Source of the DNA: an uncultured Gammaproteobacteria bacterium
GTDB lineage: Bacteria > Patescibacteriota > Patescibacteriia > Patescibacteriales > UBA12465
Reading direction: 5' to 3'
DNA length: 35,389 nucleotides
NCBI GenBank assembly: GCA_964608425.1
Contig: CAZSNN010000005.1
Span: forward strand, 1 to 35,389
Positions 1 through 8,838 of this stretch are shown here, in pieces. The position numbers and the translations under genes were made by a program. The notes beneath the pieces are model-generated. The model saw only the letters and a list, made by a program, of their open reading frames with translations. It was not told where the DNA came from and did no database searches. Every line of letters begins with the position of its first letter. The first letter of the stretch is position 1.

Positions 1-6
1 ATTCAC

Positions 7-35
7 ATTGTAGGAATACATGGAGAAAGTGTCAA
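7..35 (-). promoter_or_regulatory. sigma70-type promoter firing out of the left end of the window
   Basis: Minus strand reads TTGACA (35-30), 17 nt, TACAAT (12-7). Confidence 0.75.
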
Positions 36-96
36 ATTTTTGGGGTACCTTCCAAAATAAGGGCTGAAGCTCGGTCGCTTTCACCGAATTTGTCTG

Positions 97-167
97 CTCG
101 GGGACTAGGATTCGAACCCAGATATACAGGACCAGAACCTGCAGTCCTACCATTAGACGATCCCCGA
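97..167 (-). tRNA. trnQ: tRNA-Gln, anticodon CTG; CCA not encoded
   Basis: Acceptor stem TCGGGGA/TCCCCGA; D arm GTCT-AATGGT-AGGAC; anticodon arm GCAGG-TTCTGGT-CCTGT; T arm CTGGG-TTCGAAT-CCTAG; discriminator G at 97. Confidence 0.95.
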
Positions 168-569
168 ATCTTTAATTTGTTTCATAAAATTGCCAAATTG
201 TTCACGTAATTTTTCATTTTGAATATGAGCCAAATCAATACCATCTCCCTCATGTCTTGGAATTAAATGTAAATGAAAATGAAAAACCTCCTGTTGTCCA
301 TACTTGCCAGCGTTATGAATTAACTGTAAATTGTCTATACCAAAAATCTCCTTATAGGCTAAAGCCAATTTTCTAGTAACCTTAATAATTTCTGTTAAAT
401 AATCTTCCTCAATATCATAAACATTAATAAAATGTTTTTTAGGAATAATAAGAGTATGTCCTAAACTGGTTGGAAATATATCCAGAAAAGCCAATACTTT
501 ATCATTCTCATAAATAATATCGGTCGGAATTTCTTTATTAATTATTTTACAAAAAATACAATCATCCAT
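153..569 (-). CDS. HIT family (histidine triad) nucleotide hydrolase
   Basis: N-terminal DCIFCKII zinc motif, AFLDIFP, GHTLIIPKKH and the histidine triad FHFHLHLIP. Confidence 0.93.
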   Translation of the reverse strand: MDDCIFCKIINKEIPTDIIYENDKVLAFLDIFPTSLGHTLIIPKKHFINVYDIEEDYLTEIIKVTRKLALAYKEIFGIDNLQLIHNAGKYGQQEVFHFHLHLIPRHEGDGIDLAHIQNEKLREQFGNFMKQIKDSGIV

Positions 570-570
570 A

Positions 571-2031
571 TTATTCTTTTTTAGGTTTTAATAATGGAAA
601 CAAAGTAGTTTCCCTAACTGGCTTGTTGGCCATAAAGGCAAAAAGTCTTTCACCAAAACCAAATCCACAAGCAGGAGGCATACCATGCTCCAACATCTCC
701 ACAAACTCCCAATCTGGCATCATAGCTTCATCATCTCCACGATCAATTAGGCTTTGTTGATCTTCAAATCTTTTTCTCTGATCAACTGGATCATTCAATT
801 CACTAAAACCATTACCAACTTCACTTCCGGCAATAATAATCTGAAATCTTTCAGTTAGCTCTGGATTATCTTCACGAGATTTAGATAAAGGAGATACTAA
901 TTTAGGGTGATTTATTAAAAAAGCTGGTCCGGCAATACTTTTTCGACAATATTTCCATAAAGTATCCATGAGTCTTTCTCGAGTTTTGCCATCATATTTA
1001 ACCTTTAATTCTTGCAATTTATTAGCCATTTCTTGTTCAGAGGCCTCCAAAACATCAATTCCGGTTTGCTTTAAAACCTCTTCTCGATAATCTATTCTTT
1101 TCCAATCATCAGCCAAATCATACTCATAGTCTTTGGTTTTAAATTTTGTTGTACCAAAAACTTGTACAGCAATTTCTCTGTATAATTCTTGTGAAATACT
1201 CATTCCATCTTCATAATTAGCATAAGACCAATAGAACTCCATGTTTGTAAATTCCTGAAGATGATCGGGACTACTACCCTCATTTCTAAAAACCTTTCCA
1301 ATTTCAAAGGTTTTTTCATAACCAGCAGCCATTAATCTTTTTTGCCATAATTCACCCACTGAGATTCTAAGATAAACGTCTAAATCAAAATCATTATGAT
1401 GAGTTTTGAAAGGTCGAGCCTCAGCTCCTCCAGTAGTAGTCTCTAGAATAGGGGTTTCTACTTCACAAAAACCTTTTCTTAACATAAAATCACGAGTCAC
1501 TTGCCAAAATTTAGCTTTTTTAACAAATAATTCTTTAAGATCATCATCTAATAATAAATCTAGATATCTTTTGCGTAATCTCTCTTCCTCGTCTTTTAAT
1601 CCATGCCATTTTTCAGGTAAAGGCAATAAAGCCTTGCTTATAATCCTATATTTATTAACTAAAACACTATTTTGCCCCTTATGAGTAACAAAGCAAGTTC
1701 CTGACACCTCAATAAAATCAGCCATATCAACTAATTTCGTAAATTCTTTATAATCTTCAGCTCCTAATTCATTTTTGGAACAAGCTAATTGAATTTCAGA
1801 AGTTCCATCTTTTAAATTAACAAAACTTAAATTTCCATGAGTACGAACCCCTAAAACTCGACCAGCCAAAGATACTATTGTTTTATTCTTTTCTAAATCA
1901 GAAAAATTAGTTAAAACCTCTCCAATAGTATGAGTTCTATTAACTCGACTTGGATAAGGATTAGTCTGAGCAGATATCTTTTCTAATTTAGCTAAGCGAT
2001 CAGCTCGCTCATTAATTCCAATATTTTCCAT
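571..2031 (-). CDS. lysS: Lysine--tRNA ligase (class II)
   Basis: OB-fold anticodon domain (AGRV..R.HG..SF..LKD), motif 2 FRNEG, motif 3 GFGFGERL, YLRISVGELWQKRLMAAG. Start placed at ATG 2031 (MENIG), 1 nt after the greA stop, rather than at the ORF-track 2067. Confidence 0.97.
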   Translation of the reverse strand: MENIGINERADRLAKLEKISAQTNPYPSRVNRTHTIGEVLTNFSDLEKNKTIVSLAGRVLGVRTHGNLSFVNLKDGTSEIQLACSKNELGAEDYKEFTKLVDMADFIEVSGTCFVTHKGQNSVLVNKYRIISKALLPLPEKWHGLKDEEERLRKRYLDLLLDDDLKELFVKKAKFWQVTRDFMLRKGFCEVETPILETTTGGAEARPFKTHHNDFDLDVYLRISVGELWQKRLMAAGYEKTFEIGKVFRNEGSSPDHLQEFTNMEFYWSYANYEDGMSISQELYREIAVQVFGTTKFKTKDYEYDLADDWKRIDYREEVLKQTGIDVLEASEQEMANKLQELKVKYDGKTRERLMDTLWKYCRKSIAGPAFLINHPKLVSPLSKSREDNPELTERFQIIIAGSEVGNGFSELNDPVDQRKRFEDQQSLIDRGDDEAMMPDWEFVEMLEHGMPPACGFGFGERLFAFMANKPVRETTLFPLLKPKKE

Positions 2032-2032
2032 A

Positions 2033-2494
2033 TTATTTAAAATCAATAATCTTATATTTAACTTCACCCCTAGGAGTTTCAGCTATTACCTCGTCCCCCT
2101 TTTTCTTCCCTAAGAAAGCCATGCCCAAAGGAGATTCATTAGAAATCTTACCACTTAAAGGATCGGCCTCATTAAAGCTAACTAATTCATATTCTTTTTC
2201 TTTTCCGTTAACTAAAACTTTAACCTTAGATCCCATATCAATCTTTCCCTTTCCATCAACCACACTGTCAACCACAGTAACATTTTTTAAGATTGCAGAT
2301 AATTCCAAAATACGACCCTCATTTAGAGCCTGAGTATCTTTAGCTTCGCTATATTCAGCATTCTCACTTAAATCCCCTAACTCTTTAGCCCTTTCGATTC
2401 TCTCAGCAATTTCTTTTCTTCTAACAGTGCTTAAAAGGTCTAATTCTTCTTTTAATTTATTATACCCTTCACGAGTGATAATTTGATCATTCAT
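2033..2494 (-). CDS. greA: Transcription elongation factor GreA
   Basis: AKELGDLSENAEYSEAK acidic tip; C-terminal EADPLSGKISNESPLGMAFLGKKKGD. Confidence 0.96.
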   Translation of the reverse strand: MNDQIITREGYNKLKEELDLLSTVRRKEIAERIERAKELGDLSENAEYSEAKDTQALNEGRILELSAILKNVTVVDSVVDGKGKIDMGSKVKVLVNGKEKEYELVSFNEADPLSGKISNESPLGMAFLGKKKGDEVIAETPRGEVKYKIIDFK

Positions 2495-2534
2495 AATTTT
2501 AACTTATTAGATAAATATTAGATTAACGTTTTAA

Positions 2535-2563
2535 ATAATACACCATTATTATTGATCTGACAA
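2535..2563 (-). promoter_or_regulatory. sigma70-type promoter for greA-lysS-HIT-tRNA
   Basis: Minus strand TTGTCA (2563-2558), 17 nt, TATTAT (2540-2535), about 40 nt upstream of the greA ATG. Confidence 0.55.
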
Positions 2564-2574
2564 GAGTTTTGTCA

Positions 2575-3195
2575 TCAATTAATCAATTTAAAAATCAGAT
2601 ATATTATCAATAAATGAACCGGATAAAAGAGATACTGGACCCATTTATTAATTTTAAAATTAATATCTTTAATATAATAAACCAAAAACAACGGAATAAT
2701 GGCAAATAAATTTAATATTTGATCATAATTTAATAAGGTTTGAGCAAAAACCAATAAAGAGCCAAACAGAATTAATAGAATATTATTTCTAAAAATATAG
2801 AAACATAAAATTAATAAGATTCCATAGGCGCCATATTCGACATTAAGCCACTGACCCAAAAATAAAATGAAAAGAATGCTAAATACTTTTATCCACCAAT
2901 GTTTTCCTTTGTCATATAAATAAATCGCAGCTAGACCTAGTGTTAAAGTAAAACAAATATTTAAAGCCCCCTGATTAAATAATAAATAAAAAATTGGCTG
3001 AGATATTAAGGCTAATAATAAAATTCTTTGAAAATACTTACTTAGGTTTTTGGTATGTAAATAACCTTGAGCAATACCAAAGGCAAATAGAGGAAAGGCC
3101 AATCTTCCAATAATTCTAAAAATAAAATAATCTGGAAAAAAAACTAAACCAACATGATCAATCACCATTGTAATGAGAGCAATTATTCTCAGCAT
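2575..3195 (-). CDS. traX: TraX family membrane protein (pilin acetylase-like)
   Basis: LRIIALITMVIDHVG, RIIGRLAFPLFAF.IAQGYLHTKNLSKYFQRI, ALISQP, VEYGAYG and the terminal FYPVHLLII match my recollection of the TraX family pattern. Confidence 0.8.
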   Translation of the reverse strand: MLRIIALITMVIDHVGLVFFPDYFIFRIIGRLAFPLFAFGIAQGYLHTKNLSKYFQRILLLALISQPIFYLLFNQGALNICFTLTLGLAAIYLYDKGKHWWIKVFSILFILFLGQWLNVEYGAYGILLILCFYIFRNNILLILFGSLLVFAQTLLNYDQILNLFAIIPLFLVYYIKDINFKINKWVQYLFYPVHLLIIYLIFKLIN

Positions 3196-3201
3196 AAAAA
3201 A

Positions 3202-4713
3202 TTATTCATTATTATTACTCTTTGAGCCAAATAATAAAAATATAAAAACTATAAAACCAATTCCTAGTGGATGGTTTAAATATGGGGTAAAAAAATTAAC
3301 CGCCATTAAAGATATTATTCCCAAGCCTAAACCTAGATACCAATAATCATTATTTTTAAAAAAATTTAAACCGGCTTCTTTTAAGAAAAAATACAAAAGT
3401 AAAATATAAGATAAAACACCCAATAGGCCCAATTTCAACCAAATATCAAACCAACCCCACTCAAAAGCGTAAGTTGAATAAACTCCATCAGCTGAATTTT
3501 CTAAAACCCTAGGGTCACTAGATTTATACTCCAGTCTAGCCCCAAAACCACGGCCCAATAAAAAATTAGCTGATAAATCATCTTTCATTACCTCTAGTAA
3601 TGCCCACCTAGAAGAAACTGCCGCTTCATCACTTTTAAGAATTTTAGCTCTTTCGGAAATCAAGTTTAAATCAAAATTGGCCATTGGATCGGGCCAAGGA
3701 AATTTAACCACTAAAAAAACAAATAAAAATCCCAACAATAAACTAACAACCCCCAAACAAAATGATTTAAGCATTGTTCTAAAATTGTTTTTTCTCCATA
3801 AAATAATCAACATTAACCCAAATGACAGAAATCCGGCTAACCAAAAACTACGAGAAAAACTTAAAATCAAAGCTGAGCTCAATAGGGACAAAAATAATAA
3901 TAACCAAATAATATTTTTTCTATTTTTAAGATTATTAAAAACTGGTAAAAATATTAACCAACTTAATAATACAAAGATTTGCGACTGTAAAAAAACCCTA
4001 TAAAAACCACCGCTCATAGCAGTTATTTCCCCTAATCGATAATCCCTGACCCAATGATAAAGATCCAATAAAAAGCTAACATTATGAGAAAACAAAAATA
4101 ACAATAATAAAGATTCAAAAACTAAAAATAAAACAGCCGAAATAAAAATAACAATAATATTCTGATAAAATTTTTCTTTTTTTTCTGAGTCTAAAAAAGA
4201 CAAGATATGCCACAGAGGAAAAATCAATAAAAAATAAAGCCAAGCATTAAAATCAAAAAAAGCATCGCTAAAATTATTCTTTATAAACCCATAAATCAAA
4301 CCAAAGGCAATAAAAAACAATAAAACTAAAAAATATTTGAAATAAGGCATTCCTAAATATTTCTGCCACAAAGCTCGACGATTTTTAATAAACTCTAAAA
4401 TAAATTTACCTGCCCAGATAAGCATAATTACTAACCATAAAGCAATCCTCAAAGAAATTTTAAAATCTCCAATTTCTAAGAAAAAAATATATCCCATGGA
4501 ATTAAACAATAATTCCCCTAAAACCAAATAAAAAGCCCATCTTAATTTGTAAATACCAAAAATTAAGGCTAAAACTACTATAACAAAAAACATAATAATA
4601 TTAAGTTCAGCCAAATAAAAAGAAAAAAAGGATAATGCTTCCAATAATAGAAAAATACCAAATACCCAAAAAATTGTTTTTTTCTCCTTTAAAATTGAAA
4701 ATTTATTTATCAT
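3202..4713 (-). CDS. O-antigen ligase / O-oligosaccharyltransferase-like polytopic membrane protein
   Basis: About 12 TM segments; LILSFSRSFWL motif; periplasmic loop SSRW...LLGRGFG; WFDIWLKLGLLG; located in a glycosyltransferase operon. Confidence 0.7.
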   Translation of the reverse strand: MINKFSILKEKKTIFWVFGIFLLLEALSFFSFYLAELNIIMFFVIVVLALIFGIYKLRWAFYLVLGELLFNSMGYIFFLEIGDFKISLRIALWLVIMLIWAGKFILEFIKNRRALWQKYLGMPYFKYFLVLLFFIAFGLIYGFIKNNFSDAFFDFNAWLYFLLIFPLWHILSFLDSEKKEKFYQNIIVIFISAVLFLVFESLLLLFLFSHNVSFLLDLYHWVRDYRLGEITAMSGGFYRVFLQSQIFVLLSWLIFLPVFNNLKNRKNIIWLLLFLSLLSSALILSFSRSFWLAGFLSFGLMLIILWRKNNFRTMLKSFCLGVVSLLLGFLFVFLVVKFPWPDPMANFDLNLISERAKILKSDEAAVSSRWALLEVMKDDLSANFLLGRGFGARLEYKSSDPRVLENSADGVYSTYAFEWGWFDIWLKLGLLGVLSYILLLYFFLKEAGLNFFKNNDYWYLGLGLGIISLMAVNFFTPYLNHPLGIGFIVFIFLLFGSKSNNNE

Positions 4714-5411
4714 ATTAGATTATGTTTTTTCTTAATTATTTCTACAGCTCGTTGATATTTTTTAACCACCGGCAAAAAAGGAAAAGCCTTATAAGCAAAA
4801 GCTGGTAACCAAGAACTAATTCCTCCACCTGGTTTAATTCTAAATAAGGGATCGTTAATAAAACCACCTTGATGACCAGCCTCCAACATAGTCAGCCACA
4901 AATCCCAATCCTGTAGTTTTTTAATGCTTTCATCCCAACCACCGACTGGAAAAGTCTCCTTTCTAATTAAAGCCATAGTATGAATATAGGGCATTTTTTT
5001 TAAACGCTCAACATCAAAAGGCCATAATTTAAACAATTTTTTACCCCAATAAAAAGAGGAATAAGTATAAGCTATTGAGTTATCAGCTTGCAAAAATTTC
5101 ATCATTTTTTCTAGAGCATCTGAACGTAAAACAGCATCATCATCACAAAAAAATAAAAATCTTCCTTGAGCTTCTTTAAGTCCACGATTTCTGGCGGCTG
5201 GCGCCCCTTTATTTTCCTGATTAAAAAAATAATAATTATTTTCTAATTTATATTTTTCAGAAAATTTTTCAAAAATATTTAAAGTATTGTCAGTAGAACC
5301 ATCATTAACAATAATAACCTCAAAATCGCGAAAGGTTTGTTTCTCAACACTTTTAATAGTATCTAATAAAGTTTTAGCTCCATTATAAACTGGAATAATA
5401 ATTGAAATCAT
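4710..5411 (-). CDS. Glycosyltransferase family 2
   Basis: ISIIIPVYN, EVIIVNDGSTD, NKGAPAARNRG, FCDDD (DXD motif), QDWDLWL. Confidence 0.93.
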   Translation of the reverse strand: MISIIIPVYNGAKTLLDTIKSVEKQTFRDFEVIIVNDGSTDNTLNIFEKFSEKYKLENNYYFFNQENKGAPAARNRGLKEAQGRFLFFCDDDAVLRSDALEKMMKFLQADNSIAYTYSSFYWGKKLFKLWPFDVERLKKMPYIHTMALIRKETFPVGGWDESIKKLQDWDLWLTMLEAGHQGGFINDPLFRIKPGGGISSWLPAFAYKAFPFLPVVKKYQRAVEIIKKKHNLI

Positions 5412-5412
5412 A

Positions 5413-6507
5413 TTAATAACTTAAAAATCTATAAATATCTTGAACTTGTTTTTTCCAATTGAATTTGAGCAAAACTCGATCTCTACCCTGCTCCCCCATT
5501 TTTAATCTTTTTTCTTCGTTATCTAATAAATATAAAATAGCTTCTGATATTTCATCAACATTTTCGGGGCTAACCAAGAGTCCATTAACTCCATTTTCTA
5601 CGGCATCACTAACCCCTCCGCTATTTCCAGCAATAACTGGTTTCTTGGCTAAATTAGCTTCTAAATAGACAATACCAAAGCCCTCAAAATCACCATTAAT
5701 ATTACGAGATGGCATTATAAAAATATCACATAAAGAAAATAGAGCCCATTTTTCCGCTTCGCTAATTTCTCCAATAAAGTTAATATATCTTTCCCAATTA
5801 TCTCCAAAATTATCATAAGCTATCTTTTTTAGGTATTCCATTTCTGGTCCCTTACCAGCTATTAAATATAAAATATTACTATCAGGATTTTCCCTGATAA
5901 TATTTTTTAAAGCCAAAATAACATAATCAAACCCCTTTCGCTTAACCAGTCGTCCCAGGCTAAATAAAATTTTATGATTTTGTAAATTATTTTTAATTTT
6001 AATTTTCTCAACCAATTCTTCATTAAAATTAGAAAAATCTTTAGCCCCAGGATTAACTACTGAAATTTTAGAATAATTTTTTAAAAAATCAGAGCACAAT
6101 TTGGCAGTATAAGAATTAGCAGCAATGATTTTATCAGCTGATTTTAAAATAATTCTACTAATCATCTTCTTCCAAGAATTTCTAGTAGCATAAGAAAAAT
6201 CCATGCCATGCAAAATAACCGTATAACGAGTTTTTAAAATTTTAGAAACTAAATACATAGCAATTCCTAATGGCAAAATATGACCAACAATAACATAGTC
6301 AATTTTATTTTTTTTTATATAATGATACAATTCAGATATAGATTTAGTCCATTTAAAAATTCCTCTTCTTCTTAATAATTCATGATTATTATTGTTTAAA
6401 ATAAATAGCCTCTCGCTGGTTGGCCAATGATAAGCTAGGTTGGTATAATAATTAGCAATACCACCCTTAAACGGAAAATATTCTAAAGTGATTAATAAAA
6501 ATCTCAT
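5413..6507 (-). CDS. Glycosyltransferase family 4 (GT-B)
   Basis: GGIANY at the N-terminus, LGRLVKRKGFD, EGFGIVYLEA (EX7E), PVIAGNSGGVSDAVENGVNGLLV. Confidence 0.93.
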   Translation of the reverse strand: MRFLLITLEYFPFKGGIANYYTNLAYHWPTSERLFILNNNNHELLRRRGIFKWTKSISELYHYIKKNKIDYVIVGHILPLGIAMYLVSKILKTRYTVILHGMDFSYATRNSWKKMISRIILKSADKIIAANSYTAKLCSDFLKNYSKISVVNPGAKDFSNFNEELVEKIKIKNNLQNHKILFSLGRLVKRKGFDYVILALKNIIRENPDSNILYLIAGKGPEMEYLKKIAYDNFGDNWERYINFIGEISEAEKWALFSLCDIFIMPSRNINGDFEGFGIVYLEANLAKKPVIAGNSGGVSDAVENGVNGLLVSPENVDEISEAILYLLDNEEKRLKMGEQGRDRVLLKFNWKKQVQDIYRFLSY

Positions 6508-7964
6508 ATCTTTGAATTACTCTTTTTAAAAGAATTTAAAACATAAAAAATATCATCTTTTTTAACTCCTCCCAATAAGAATAAAATTACAAAATAAAAC
6601 ATCATGGCCAAAAAGCACAGCAAGAATAAATTAACCGAATCCTTTAAAACAAAAATAAACCCACCCATCAAAAGGGCGGAAAAAAATATTCTAAAGAAAC
6701 TCAATAAATTATCTTTAACCCTATAATCAATTATTTTCCTACATTCTATTATTCCCAAAATAAACATCAGCATATTACTCAAAAAAACTACCAAGGAAGC
6801 TCCGACGGCTTGAAACATCGGAATAAAAATAATATTTAAAATTATAGCTGATATTAAAGTAATCAACATATTTCGGGTGTTTTTAGACTGACGGTCACAA
6901 GCATTCAATAAGGAACCAATTGGAAAATTTACAAAAATAAAAATCAAAGACAAGATAGATATTCGAAGTGGCCAATTAGCGCCCTCATAACCACCTTTAA
7001 ATATTAATAAAATTTGATCTGACAACAAAAAGACAGCCACCGAAATCGGAACTGAAATTAAAAGCAGATAATCAATTGATCGTTTAAAGGCTATTTTCAG
7101 TTGAGCGCGATTATTGAGCCAATAATAACTCATAGCTGGATACAAGGAGGCCACAAAAGCCATTGGCAAGAACTGTAAAGCAAAAATTATTTTAAAGGCT
7201 ATTTGATAAATACCAACATAATAATCACCAGAAAAAAATGATAATAAAACTGAATCTAAATAAGTATATAATCTCTGAAATATTCCATAAAGAGCAAACG
7301 GCAAGCTCAATAATAATATTTTTTTAATAAAAGTAAAATCCAAGGAGATTTTAAAAGAAACTTTCATTTTGAAACGCAAAACTATAAAAGAATAGATAAA
7401 ATTAAAAACACTAGCCATTACCAAGGATAACATTATTATTTTTAAATCCATTTTTAATATTAAAAAAATCCATCCCGTTACCAAAACTATGGCCTGAAAA
7501 ATAATAGAAGAAATGCTTTCAAATTTCAAATTATGAAATCCACGAATAGAGCCAAAAAAGGTTAAAGTAAAAGAATCCAATACCATACAAATACTAGATA
7601 TATAAACCAATTGTTTACTCAAAACATCATAATCACCCAAAATATTAATAAAGAAAAAGACTGCCAAAATTGACAAAGAGCCAGTAATAAACTTTAAACC
7701 AATAATATTCGATAATAATTTATGAGATTTCTCTAAGCTCTTAGCTGTTTCCCGAATTAAATAATTTACTAGTCCTAAATCAATAAAAATAGCAAAAATA
7801 GTAGTAAAAGATATAGCAAAATAATATTTACCCAAGCTCTCTGGTCCGATATTTCTAGCCAATAAGACAAAATAAAAAAAAGATAGAAACTTTTGTATTA
7901 TCAGGGCAATAGTTAAATAAGATGTATTTTTAGCAATATTTTCTATTTTTTTAGAATCTTCCAT
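6504..7964 (-). CDS. Polysaccharide/oligosaccharide flippase (Wzx/MOP family)
   Basis: About 12-14 TM segments; IAKNT..L, LARNIGPESLGKY, DLGL, DSVLLSFF....VGIY.IA, FIPMFQAVGAS. Confidence 0.88.
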   Translation of the reverse strand: MEDSKKIENIAKNTSYLTIALIIQKFLSFFYFVLLARNIGPESLGKYYFAISFTTIFAIFIDLGLVNYLIRETAKSLEKSHKLLSNIIGLKFITGSLSILAVFFFINILGDYDVLSKQLVYISSICMVLDSFTLTFFGSIRGFHNLKFESISSIIFQAIVLVTGWIFLILKMDLKIIMLSLVMASVFNFIYSFIVLRFKMKVSFKISLDFTFIKKILLLSLPFALYGIFQRLYTYLDSVLLSFFSGDYYVGIYQIAFKIIFALQFLPMAFVASLYPAMSYYWLNNRAQLKIAFKRSIDYLLLISVPISVAVFLLSDQILLIFKGGYEGANWPLRISILSLIFIFVNFPIGSLLNACDRQSKNTRNMLITLISAIILNIIFIPMFQAVGASLVVFLSNMLMFILGIIECRKIIDYRVKDNLLSFFRIFFSALLMGGFIFVLKDSVNLFLLCFLAMMFYFVILFLLGGVKKDDIFYVLNSFKKSNSKI

Positions 7965-7990
7965 ATTCTTAATAGTTTTAATATGTTTAA

Positions 7991-8018
7991 ATTATAACAC
8001 AAAAATAAATAAAGCCAA
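7991..8018 (-). promoter_or_regulatory. Extended -10 promoter for the glycan operon
   Basis: Minus strand TTGGCT, 16 nt, with TGt directly before TATAAT (7996-7991). Confidence 0.5.
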
Positions 8019-8152
8019 TATTTTTAGAATTAAATAGCTCTAACTAATTTAAGATAAATTTATCTAAAATTTAACAACAACTCAAGTAAAATATTATAAA
8101 ATCTAAATATCTTAATAATTAATCAAGCGGAAATATTTCGCTAACAAAAATT

Positions 8153-8833
8153 ATGAAAATTTTAATCATCGAAGACGATAAAGAAATCGTGGAATTACTA
8201 AAGGAGTCCTTAAAAAGAGAATTATTTATTGTTGATTATGCCTATGACGGAAAGGATGGATTATTCTTGTATCGAACTAATCATTATGATCTATTAATTG
8301 TTGACTATAATCTGCCAGAAAAAACGGGAATAGAAATAATAAAAGAAATAAAATCAGAAAACAAAAACATAAAAACTATAATTTTAACAGTTGATTCCAC
8401 TCAAGAAACTAAGGAATCTTTTTTTAATTTAGGAGTAGATGATTATATAACCAAGCCTTTTGTTTTCAAGGAATTTCTTTCTCGCATAAAAGCCGTTATG
8501 CGAAGACCGGCTATCACTCAAAAATCTATTTACAAAATCGACGACCTAGTAGTCGACATTGATAAACATTCCGTAACTAGAGACAAAAAAAGCATTTATC
8601 TAACTTTTAAGGAATTAATGCTTTTAGAATTTTTGCTAAAAAATAGAGGTAAAGTTATATCTCGCACTGTTTTAATGGAAAATCTTTGGGATTTTAATGC
8701 CGACCCTTTCTCTAACACAGTCGAGTCTCATATTTTAAAATTAAGAAGAAAACTTGACCCTCAACGAAATAAAAGGAATTTAATTCACACTATTAAGGGT
8801 CGAGGCTATAAATTAGATTTAAAAAAATGGTAG
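8153..8833 (+). CDS. OmpR/PhoB family response regulator (no adjacent kinase)
   Basis: Receiver domain IEDD, LIVD (phospho-Asp), ILT, DDYITKPF; winged helix LMENLWD...SNTVESHILKLRRKL, IHTIKGRGY. Confidence 0.95.
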   Translation: MKILIIEDDKEIVELLKESLKRELFIVDYAYDGKDGLFLYRTNHYDLLIVDYNLPEKTGIEIIKEIKSENKNIKTIILTVDSTQETKESFFNLGVDDYITKPFVFKEFLSRIKAVMRRPAITQKSIYKIDDLVVDIDKHSVTRDKKSIYLTFKELMLLEFLLKNRGKVISRTVLMENLWDFNADPFSNTVESHILKLRRKLDPQRNKRNLIHTIKGRGYKLDLKKW

Positions 8834-8838
8834 GAGTA

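Noticed and set aside
97-167. tRNA-Gln as the integration site of a genomic island
   Set aside because: No duplicated tRNA end and no integrase seen; the neighbouring genes are housekeeping.
2575-2577. Alternative genetic code (TGA read as Gly, as in Gracilibacteria/Absconditabacteria)
   Set aside because: Conserved genes are full length under code 11, and TGA ends the TraX ORF at its expected C-terminus.
2575-3195. TraX as evidence of a conjugative element
   Set aside because: No relaxase, coupling protein or T4SS genes; the gene sits at the end of a chromosomal glycan operon.
8130-8139. Palindrome GAAATATTTC before the response regulator
   Set aside because: A 10-bp AT-rich palindrome is expected by chance at this base composition.
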